Source: Verrucomicrobiaceae bacterium | Lineage (GTDB): Bacteria > Verrucomicrobiota > Verrucomicrobiia > Verrucomicrobiales > Akkermansiaceae | DNA length: 64,000 nucleotides | Assembly: GCA_051252135.1 (NCBI GenBank) | Contig: JBPOGH010000007.1 | Location: forward strand, 64,001 to 128,000 | Direction of reading: 5' to 3' | Shown: one piece after another, positions 56,814-64,000 of the stretch | How the letters are laid out: every line of letters begins with the position of its first letter | Position numbering within the stretch: the stretch's first letter is position 1 | Position numbers and translations under genes: made by a program | Notes under the pieces: generated by a model | The model's database searches: none | The model's input: the letters and a program-made list of their open reading frames with translations, nothing else | Told to the model about the DNA's origin: nothing

Positions 56814-56829
56814 ATCAGCCTCTTTTCTT

Positions 56830-57045
56830 TCAGTCTTCGTCCTTCGGCTCGAAGTGCTTCTGGATGGTATCAACGAGGCGGTCGCAGTCGGCCTTGGCCT
56901 GGGTGATCATCGAAGCCTGGGTCTCATTGAGAGGGCCCACTTTTTGTTCGGCAAGAAGGTGAAGGATCATCTGGATGCCGGTAAGGGGGGTCTTGAAATC
57001 ATGCGCAATTGATGAAAGCGAGGGGTCGGAATCAGGAAGGGACAT
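56830..57045 (-). CDS. Stand-alone HisKA (DHp) domain protein, 71 aa
   Basis: IAHDFKTPLTGIQMILHLLAEQKVGPLNETQ...DCDRL; ATG start 18 nt after the activator stop; no HATPase domain. Confidence 0.8.
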   Translation of the reverse strand: MSLPDSDPSLSSIAHDFKTPLTGIQMILHLLAEQKVGPLNETQASMITQAKADCDRLVDTIQKHFEPKDED

Positions 57046-57063
57046 GGGTTTTGAGGGACTCTG

Positions 57064-58422
57064 TTAGATATTTAACTTTTTGCGTTTTCGATAGAGGGTG
57101 GCCTTATCAATGCCAAGGATCGCGGCAGCGTCTTGCAGGTTGTCTGCGCGATCAACGATGAGGCGAATGTGTTCGGCTTCCAGTTCCTCAATGGAGACCT
57201 CAGCTCCAGGGACGAGGATGCCCGACCCGGTGGAAGTATTGCCCTCGGGGTGGGGTAGATCCTTTTTTTCAATCTCTTCCCCGGTGCAGAGAATGGTGGC
57301 ACGCTCGATGGAGTTCCGGAGCTCACGCAGGTTTCCAGGCCAATTGTATGAGTGGAGATGATCGAGGGCTTTGGAGGAGAAGCCGGTGATTTTTCTTCCG
57401 ATCTGGGAAGAAAAGAAAGTCAGGTAATCGTTGGCGAAGTGAAGGAGGTCACTGGCGCGGGTGCGAAGCGGGGGGAGTTCGACAGAAATGACATTGATGC
57501 GGTAAAAGAGATCCTCGCGGAACTCTCCATCGGCGATGGACTTTTTAAGGTCGCGATTGGTGGCTGCAATGATGCGGACATTGGCAGAGCGGGTTTTGTT
57601 TTCGCCGAGACGTTCATATTCGCGTTCTTGTAGAAGACGAAGAAGTTTGGGCTGAATCTCCATGGGGAGTTCGCCGATCTCGTCGAGGAACAGCGTGCCA
57701 CCATCGGCCGCGTGGACCTTACCCCATGCGTCCTTAACGGCTCCGGTAAATGCGCCCCGGACGTGTCCGAAGAGTTCGGATTCGAGAAGTTCCTTGGAGA
57801 GACTGGGGCAGCTCACGGTGATGAACGGTTTGTCCTTCAAGTGGCTGTTCTCGTGGATGTTACGAGCGATCACGCTTTTTCCGGTACCGCTTTCTCCAAG
57901 AAGGAGAATGGAAGCGGGGGTGGCAGCGGCGCGTCTGAGAGTGTCGAGGGCAGCCTGCATCCCGATATCGCTGGATTCCAGGCGGGTGGGGGGGGAGGAG
58001 GTGCTGACCTGGGTTTTGAGCTCGGTAACGGTGGTCTCAAGAGTGTGAATGTGCTCCCTGGTCTTGGAGGCTCTGGCGGACTTTAGCAGAATTCCGCGAA
58101 GCTGGTCGGGGGTGAAGGGCTTTGAAAGGTAGTCATATGCGCCGAGGCGGGTGGCTTCGATCGCAGAGTCTACGGTTGCGTAGGCCGTAAAGATGATGAC
58201 GAGTTGGGAAGGGTCCTTTTCAATGATCTCTTTGAGCAGATCAAGACCGCTCTCTTCACCGAGGCGGAGATCGAGAAAGATCAGATCGAATTTCTCTTCC
58301 TTCAGACGAAGGCGGGCTGTGGAAAGAGAGTCGGCACACTCAGCATAATGATCCTCGGCTTCGACCGCAATCCGTGTTGATTGGCGGATTGTCTCCTCGT
58401 CGTCGATGATCAGGATGTCCAT
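57064..58422 (-). CDS. Sigma-54-dependent response regulator (NtrC/AlgB type)
   Basis: REC domain, GESGTGKS, ESELFGH, GAFTGA, LFLDEIGE, WPGNLREL, Fis-type HTH. Confidence 0.96.
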   Translation of the reverse strand: MDILIIDDEETIRQSTRIAVEAEDHYAECADSLSTARLRLKEEKFDLIFLDLRLGEESGLDLLKEIIEKDPSQLVIIFTAYATVDSAIEATRLGAYDYLSKPFTPDQLRGILLKSARASKTREHIHTLETTVTELKTQVSTSSPPTRLESSDIGMQAALDTLRRAAATPASILLLGESGTGKSVIARNIHENSHLKDKPFITVSCPSLSKELLESELFGHVRGAFTGAVKDAWGKVHAADGGTLFLDEIGELPMEIQPKLLRLLQEREYERLGENKTRSANVRIIAATNRDLKKSIADGEFREDLFYRINVISVELPPLRTRASDLLHFANDYLTFFSSQIGRKITGFSSKALDHLHSYNWPGNLRELRNSIERATILCTGEEIEKKDLPHPEGNTSTGSGILVPGAEVSIEELEAEHIRLIVDRADNLQDAAAILGIDKATLYRKRKKLNI

Positions 58423-58483
58423 GGGGGGTATTAAAGGGTGTGGTTTGTGATTCTCAAGATTTCAGTGTCGGGGGTGAGGGGGG

Positions 58484-58711
58484 CTAGCTGATCTCGGTTT
58501 CCGAGGTTTCAGCATTTCCTTCGCTATCGACTGTCGTTTTGGTCACCGTCCGACTTCCGGAATGGGCCTTTGCAGCACCCATGATCCCTGATCCCCCGAT
58601 GATGAGGGCGACAACGATGAGAATAGGTTGGGGCACGCCGATCATCATTAGTCCGTAAATGACGCCAGCCAAAAGAACCAAGGTGCCGAGGATGTAGATC
58701 ATTGCTTTCAT
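58484..58711 (-). CDS. Small two-TM membrane protein
   Basis: 75-aa ORF with two hydrophobic helices. Confidence 0.7.
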   Translation of the reverse strand: MKAMIYILGTLVLLAGVIYGLMMIGVPQPILIVVALIIGGSGIMGAAKAHSGSRTVTKTTVDSEGNAETSETEIS

Positions 58712-58752
58712 GGCTTGAATAGAGTTTTGGTTATCGTGATTACGAATAGGGC

Positions 58753-59373
58753 CTATTGCTCACCCACCTGTGAGGCGACGATCTTTCCTGAATTCATGAA
58801 GCCATCGGTGATGGCTCCATAGACTGTGACGTTGTCCCCGACTTCGATCCGGACCTTTCCTTTGTTATCAAAGGCATCTTCTCCGAGAAGTGCGGTGCTG
58901 ACATCGAATCGTTGGTAAGGGGTTTCGATTGTCATGAGTTTTTCAGCGATGATGATGACCTTCCCGGTGATGACGACACCAGTGCCCTCAACGGTTGCCT
59001 TCCTTAGGTCTGCGATGACCTCTTCCTCATCGTCGGGGTTGGCAAAGAAGCTCTTTTTGATGTTCTTCACATACACGCTGGCCGCTTCAATGGTGCGGTG
59101 GGTGTCGTCGTCTGCATCGACGCGACCAGTGACGACGACTTGGTCGTTGTCCACGATATTGAAGCCTTCAAGGTTCTCATCGTAGTCATCCATTTCAACA
59201 ACGATGGCTCCTTTGCCGTAGTCGAGCTTGAAGACGTTGGCTCCGGCTTCGACAACCTTGCCGGAAATGGTGATCCACTGTCCGTCTTTTTTATTCCAGG
59301 GGGAGGGGTTCTCCTCGGCTTGGGCAGCCAGGATTCCGGAAACAAGGGCCGTGATTTGCAAGATTTTCTTCAT
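58753..59373 (-). CDS. Secreted tandem OB-fold protein (YgiW/YdeI-like)
   Basis: ATG at 59373, signal peptide, WITISGKV..FKLDYG.G.I.VEMDD..VVVTG.VD and a second similar module. Confidence 0.75.
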   Translation of the reverse strand: MKKILQITALVSGILAAQAEENPSPWNKKDGQWITISGKVVEAGANVFKLDYGKGAIVVEMDDYDENLEGFNIVDNDQVVVTGRVDADDDTHRTIEAASVYVKNIKKSFFANPDDEEEVIADLRKATVEGTGVVITGKVIIIAEKLMTIETPYQRFDVSTALLGEDAFDNKGKVRIEVGDNVTVYGAITDGFMNSGKIVASQVGEQ

Positions 59374-59388
59374 AACAACCCCTTTACT

Positions 59389-59404
59389 TGCAGAAGGGGG
59401 GCCA
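59389..59404 (-). promoter_or_regulatory. Sigma-54 promoter of the OB-fold gene
   Basis: TGGCCCCCCTTCTGCA (GG-N10-GC). Confidence 0.7.
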
Positions 59405-59509
59405 AGCGATAAAGTGCTATGGATCAATGGGGAACCATTCAGGAATTCATCAATTTGGAGCAGCTTGCAATACGAAGAGTGGCGACGGGGTGCATTTTGC
59501 GACGCTGAT

Positions 59510-61327
59510 CTAACGTTCAGCGAAGGTTTCGTCATTTTCGAGAAGGAGGGCACAGTCGATGAGGGCCAAGTGACTGTAGGCTTGGGGGAAATTACCAAGG
59601 TGACGGAGGGTTTCGAAGTCGAGATCCTCACCGTAGAGGCCGTGGGGATTGGCGGCCTTGATGAGGCGTTCGAACATTTCGAGGCCGTCGGAGCGACGTC
59701 CGGATTGGACGAGGGCTTTGACCATCCAAAAGGAGCAGACGGTGAAGGCGCTGGAGGGGGCTCCGAAGTCATCGGTATTCCGGTAGCGATACATGAGTCC
59801 GTTGCGACAGAGTTGTTTTTCCGAGAGCGCGACGGTGGACTGGAAACGGGGATCCTTGCCATCGATGAAGCCAAAATCGGCCATGAGGAGGTTCGCCGAA
59901 TCGAGATCGTCCGTCTCGTAGGACTGGGTGAAGGCTCCGATGTGTTCTTTCCAGCCTTTTTCGCAAATGGTGTTGTGGATGTGGTCACGGAGGGGGCGAT
60001 GCCGGGCGGCCCACTGATCTTTTCCCAGGAATCCGGCGATCTTGATGGCGCGGTCGAGGGCGACCCAGCAGAGGACTTTGGAAAAGACGAAGTGTTTTTT
60101 GTCGCCGCGAATTTCCCAGATTCCGCGGTCCGGTTGTTCCCAGGTTTCGGAGACGGTTTTGACGATGGACCGGACGGTGGTCCAGATGCGGTCCATGTCC
60201 TCGGGGAGACGGCTGCGCTCTCCCAGGTCCTGCCAGATGACATCGAGAAGGATGCCGAAGATATCGTGCTGCTCCTGGGTGTAGGCGGCATTTCCGATGC
60301 GAACGGGGCCGCTTCCGTGGTAGCCGGCGAGGTGGTCGAGGGTTTCCTCGGTCAGGATTTTTTCACCGCGGAGTCCATACATGATTTGGAGGGAGTCGTC
60401 CTTGGTGCGGACGGTGTGGAGAACCCAGTCGACGAATCGCGAGGCCATGTGGGGGTGGCCGATGCGGTGAAGAGTGGCGACGGTCATGGAAGCGTCGCGA
60501 ATCCAGCAAAAGCGGTAGTCCCAATTGCGTTCCTCACCGATGGTTTCGGGGAGGGAGGTGGTGGCTGCGGCGACGAAGGCGCCACTTGGGCTGAACTGAA
60601 GAATTTTGAGAGTGATGGCGCTCCGGATGATCTCCGAAGAGAATCTGGGGGTGCGCATGGTGGTGGCGGACCAGAGCATCCAATATGAGCGGGTGCGCTG
60701 AAGCATGAGCTCGATGGAGTCGAGGTTTGGAGGCGTGATTTTGTCGTGGTAGCTCATGAGGAAGAAGGACGGTTCTTCCAGGGTGAACTCATGGGATTCG
60801 AGGATGTCGGAGTTATCGAGATTCGAATAGAGGTAGAGAGATTCGTAGACCGGCTTGCCGTTGGGGCCGGTGCCCGAGGTGGTGCTCTTCAAGCGTTCCT
60901 GTCCGTCAGAGAAGGTGGTGGTGGGGAAGCGGGCATATTCAAGCTGGGGCTGGTAGCGAATACGGATGCGGGGTTTACCGCTGACGGGACGGAGGATGCG
61001 GATGATGTCGGGCGCGACATTTTCATAGCTGTACTGCGATGGCGAGAGATGGTAGCGGGGCATGAAGTCGATGACTTCGAAGACGCCGTCGGGAGATTCG
61101 AAACGGCTAATGAAGATCGCTGTTTCGGCATCGTAGCCTTGGTGGATGACTTTTCCATCGGAGCAATCGATGCCAAAGGAACCGCCCTTTTCAGAATCCA
61201 AGAGACTGGCCATGACCGTGCCGGAATCAAAATCGGGGAGGCAGCAGAAGGAGATGGAGGCATCGGGTTCAACGAGGGCTGCAGTGCGGCCGTTTCCGAT
61301 GATTCCCTGATAGTAATTGTCGTGCAT
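59510..61327 (-). CDS. Glycoside hydrolase family 15 (trehalase-like)
   Basis: AAATTSLPE, RNWDYRFCWIRDA, GIWEIR, GNFPQAYSH. Confidence 0.93.
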   Translation of the reverse strand: MHDNYYQGIIGNGRTAALVEPDASISFCCLPDFDSGTVMASLLDSEKGGSFGIDCSDGKVIHQGYDAETAIFISRFESPDGVFEVIDFMPRYHLSPSQYSYENVAPDIIRILRPVSGKPRIRIRYQPQLEYARFPTTTFSDGQERLKSTTSGTGPNGKPVYESLYLYSNLDNSDILESHEFTLEEPSFFLMSYHDKITPPNLDSIELMLQRTRSYWMLWSATTMRTPRFSSEIIRSAITLKILQFSPSGAFVAAATTSLPETIGEERNWDYRFCWIRDASMTVATLHRIGHPHMASRFVDWVLHTVRTKDDSLQIMYGLRGEKILTEETLDHLAGYHGSGPVRIGNAAYTQEQHDIFGILLDVIWQDLGERSRLPEDMDRIWTTVRSIVKTVSETWEQPDRGIWEIRGDKKHFVFSKVLCWVALDRAIKIAGFLGKDQWAARHRPLRDHIHNTICEKGWKEHIGAFTQSYETDDLDSANLLMADFGFIDGKDPRFQSTVALSEKQLCRNGLMYRYRNTDDFGAPSSAFTVCSFWMVKALVQSGRRSDGLEMFERLIKAANPHGLYGEDLDFETLRHLGNFPQAYSHLALIDCALLLENDETFAER

Positions 61328-61336
61328 GAATAGGTC

Positions 61337-63526
61337 TTAGGAGTGGAGGGCCTTAGCCAGCTCTTCAAGAAAACTCCGGAATCGTTCGAATCCGGTGATG
61401 TGGGTGGCGGCGGTATCGGTGGTTCCCAAATGAATGGTGTGATAGGGATCCATGTGAGTGTCGATGGTGAACATGGTCTCATCGGTTTGGTCGTCCCCCG
61501 CGGAAAGGCCGACCTCGGTGCCGTAGTGAAGGGCGAGGGCTTCGACAGCAGCCCCTTTGCTGACTTGCTGGCTTGCGATCTCGATGATTTTTTTCCCGTG
61601 ATGCACGGTGACAGGAAGGTTGGCGGTGAGATCGGTAAGTTCGGATAGCAAGCGGGTAGCCTGCCAAAGTCCGAATTCGGGATCGGTGGCGCGGTAGTGC
61701 CAGACGACGGCGGAGGGTTTCTCCTCGATGTGGCTCCCGGGGGTGAGTTGGGCGGCCTGCTCGAGTTGGGGCATGATGAGCTCTTTCCACGAAATATCCA
61801 CCAGCGGGTTGATGAGTTCCCACTCGAGGTTGTCCGGACGCGACCAGCGGTAACCGTGTTCGGAGACAAGGGCGAATCCCTTTCCGGAGAAGTGCTCGGA
61901 GAGAAAGTGCATGGGGCGTCCACTGACCAAGGCAACGTCGACCTTTTCGGCCAAACTCTCCAGCAGGGGGATGAGTGCGGGATCGGGGATGGCATCTTCC
62001 GGACGTTTGGTGAAATCACGGAGGGTGCCGTCGTAGTCGAGAAAGAGGCTCACCCGTTTCCCTGCCTTGGCGGACTGGATGATGGATTGCTTTACCTCTT
62101 CGAGTCCGGCTTTGGAGGCGTCTGCGGAATCGTCGACCTCTCCATCGAAGTAGGAGAGGAATCTGGCGGCCCAAGCGCCTGCGTCATTTTTTTCGAGATG
62201 CTTTTGCATCATGTGAATGCGTTCCCAGCGGTCTTCATCAGATAGGTCCAGGGATTTTCTGATGGCCTGCGAGACATCGGCGATGTCGTAGGGATTGACC
62301 ATCCAGGCGTGGGACATTTCTGCGGCGGCGCCGGCGAATTCGCTCAAGACAAGGACGCCGGGTGAAGCTCCCGCGTGTTCCCGTTTGCAGTCGATGAATT
62401 CCTTGGCGACGAGGTTCATTCCGTCGACGAGTGGAGTGACCAGGCAGACGTCGGCCCGGGCATAGAAGGAGGCAAGTTCCTCGGGTGGGAATCCCCGGTG
62501 GAGGAAGTGAACGGGGGAGTTTCCGACGCCGCCAAAATCACCGTTGATGGCACCCACCTCCCGTTGAACTTCTTCGGTCAGTTCGGCATATTCCTCGACG
62601 TTTTGGCGTGAGGGGACAGCGATGATTAGGAACATCACGGAGTCACGGAGCTCGGGGTTGTTCTCCAGAAAATGGCGGATGGCAGCGAGCTTTTGAGGGA
62701 CTCCCTTGGTGTAGTCGAGACGCTCGACGTTGAGGACGAGTTTTTTGGAACGAAGGTCCTCGTTGAGCTGACGTGATGCGTTGGTGAAGGCCTCCGTCTT
62801 CATGGCGTCGGCAAATCCCTGATGATTGTGACCGATGGGATAAACTCCCAATTTGTGTCGGAGACCTTTGTGGAAAAAGGTGTCATTTCCGGTTTCGAGA
62901 CCCAGCACGCGGAGGAGGCTGGAACGGAAATGGCGCAGGTAGTTGAAGGTGTGAAAACCAATCAAGTCGGCCCCCAGAATTCCCAGGAGAATCTCGCGAC
63001 GCTCGGGGAGGATGCGAAAAATATCGCTACTCGGAAATGGAGTGTGGAGGAAGAAGCCGATGCGTAGCTTCGGGCGGCGGGAGCGAAGGAGGCCGGGGAG
63101 GAGAAAGAGTTGGTAGTCGTGGATCCAGACGATGTCATCATCCTCGGCGACACGGAGAACGGCTTCCGCAAATTTTTCGTTTGCGGTGCGGTAGGAATCG
63201 GCGCTGGCATGATCAAAATGAGCACGCTGGGACATGCTGTGAAGAAGGGGCCAGAGGGTGGAGTTGGAGTAACCCTCGTAGAAGCCATTGACCTCGGCTT
63301 CGGTCAAATAGACAGGCTCGATCGCGAGGTCGCGGAGCTTGTTGGAGAGGGCTTCGGGATCTTGAACTTCCTCAAGCGGGTCACCATTCCAGCCTACCCA
63401 GACTTTTTCTGCATCGCTTTCGACCGCTTCCAGGGCTGAGGCCAGTCCTCCTGTTGTCCGGATGGGGGTTCCTGATTCGTCGAGGCGAATTGGAAGGCGG
63501 TTGGAGACGAGGATTATTTTAGGCAT
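61337..63526 (-). CDS. Bifunctional trehalose-6-phosphate synthase/phosphatase (OtsA-OtsB fusion)
   Basis: [39 protein letters not shown]-terminal HAD domain LDYDGTL...GDDQTDE. Confidence 0.95.
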   Translation of the reverse strand: MPKIILVSNRLPIRLDESGTPIRTTGGLASALEAVESDAEKVWVGWNGDPLEEVQDPEALSNKLRDLAIEPVYLTEAEVNGFYEGYSNSTLWPLLHSMSQRAHFDHASADSYRTANEKFAEAVLRVAEDDDIVWIHDYQLFLLPGLLRSRRPKLRIGFFLHTPFPSSDIFRILPERREILLGILGADLIGFHTFNYLRHFRSSLLRVLGLETGNDTFFHKGLRHKLGVYPIGHNHQGFADAMKTEAFTNASRQLNEDLRSKKLVLNVERLDYTKGVPQKLAAIRHFLENNPELRDSVMFLIIAVPSRQNVEEYAELTEEVQREVGAINGDFGGVGNSPVHFLHRGFPPEELASFYARADVCLVTPLVDGMNLVAKEFIDCKREHAGASPGVLVLSEFAGAAAEMSHAWMVNPYDIADVSQAIRKSLDLSDEDRWERIHMMQKHLEKNDAGAWAARFLSYFDGEVDDSADASKAGLEEVKQSIIQSAKAGKRVSLFLDYDGTLRDFTKRPEDAIPDPALIPLLESLAEKVDVALVSGRPMHFLSEHFSGKGFALVSEHGYRWSRPDNLEWELINPLVDISWKELIMPQLEQAAQLTPGSHIEEKPSAVVWHYRATDPEFGLWQATRLLSELTDLTANLPVTVHHGKKIIEIASQQVSKGAAVEALALHYGTEVGLSAGDDQTDETMFTIDTHMDPYHTIHLGTTDTAATHITGFERFRSFLEELAKALHS

Positions 63527-64000
63527 GTTCGAAAGTGTTGAGGAGATGGCAGGATTTGAGCACGCGTGCGAAGCGTTCCCGGATGGCCTCGCAATCGTGA
63601 TCATTGAAGAGAGCCGCCAGAGTATCCTGATTGATGAGAGTTGCTTGTTGGAGGAGTGCGCGTTGCTGTTCTTCGGAGTTTGAGGTAGTGGCGATGCGGG
63701 CGATTACCTCCAATAGACAGCAAGAGACGTCGCATTTCTCGCGGGCGGCCTGCCTGACCTGATTGAAGGAGGCTTCCACCAGAGAGCCGTAAGAACTGGC
63801 TGGAGTAAAAAGGCGGACATTCTCATCGATATCCCGGTGGGTGGAGGGAGGAAGGGGACGTGAGAAAGCAAGTTGAAGACCTGCCCCAAGATAGTCGATA
63901 CAATTCATCGCGGTGATGGGGTCGTTGATGCCCGGGGACAAAGCTCTCAGGGCGATCTCAACAAGTTGTCGTACTCCGTATTCGAAGTCCTGTTCGGGGG
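63519..64000 (-). CDS. DUF2254-family membrane protein, 3' part only
   Basis: RALSPGINDP.TA..CID motif; the frame continues to the window edge. Confidence 0.85.
   Translation of the reverse strand, partial: PEQDFEYGVRQLVEIALRALSPGINDPITAMNCIDYLGAGLQLAFSRPLPPSTHRDIDENVRLFTPASSYGSLVEASFNQVRQAAREKCDVSCCLLEVIARIATTSNSEEQQRALLQQATLINQDTLAALFNDHDCEAIRERFARVLKSCHLLNTFEHA

Noticed and set aside
58753..60291. 512-aa ORF
   Set aside because: The N-terminal part is an alternative frame of the GH15 gene; the signal peptide starts at 59373, behind its own promoter.
59510..63526. GH15 plus fused OtsAB as a novel system
   Set aside because: A familiar trehalose gene pairing; only its regulatory context is notable.

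Overview
Chromosomal window from a GC-rich bacterium; gene content and style suggest Verrucomicrobiota (inference). It has four parts. (1) 1-9.2 kb: a TonB-dependent receptor whose last 165 bp are duplicated around a 5.4-kb insert encoding a 1719-aa beta-propeller/beta-helix surface protein, then tRNA-Cys with two tRNA-linked repeats. (2) 9.3-31 kb: housekeeping genes (aspartokinase, homoserine dehydrogenase, ctaB/SCO cluster, hisD, histidinol phosphatase, Pta-like, phosphoserine phosphatase, bioB, PatB), interrupted by two MITEs, three integron-type cassettes with attC sites but no integrase, and REP-associated tandem duplications. (3) 31-49 kb: a cbb3 oxidase cluster (ccoS-NO-Q-P, ccoG, ccoI) beside a Cys-rich PocR-AraC regulator, then an AhbAB-like fusion and pqiAABC. 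(4) 49-64 kb: a stress/trehalose island with six sigma-54 (-24/-12) promoters, a shared upstream motif, a hybrid kinase, an NtrC/AlgB-type activator and a stand-alone 71-aa HisKA protein. The best candidates for undescribed biology are the sigma-54 stress phosphorelay, the PocR-AraC box on the three cbb3 transcription units, the attC cassette cluster, the recurrent allele-like gene 3'-end duplications and the tRNA-Cys-mimicking repeats. All alignments were done by eye; no database searches were run.
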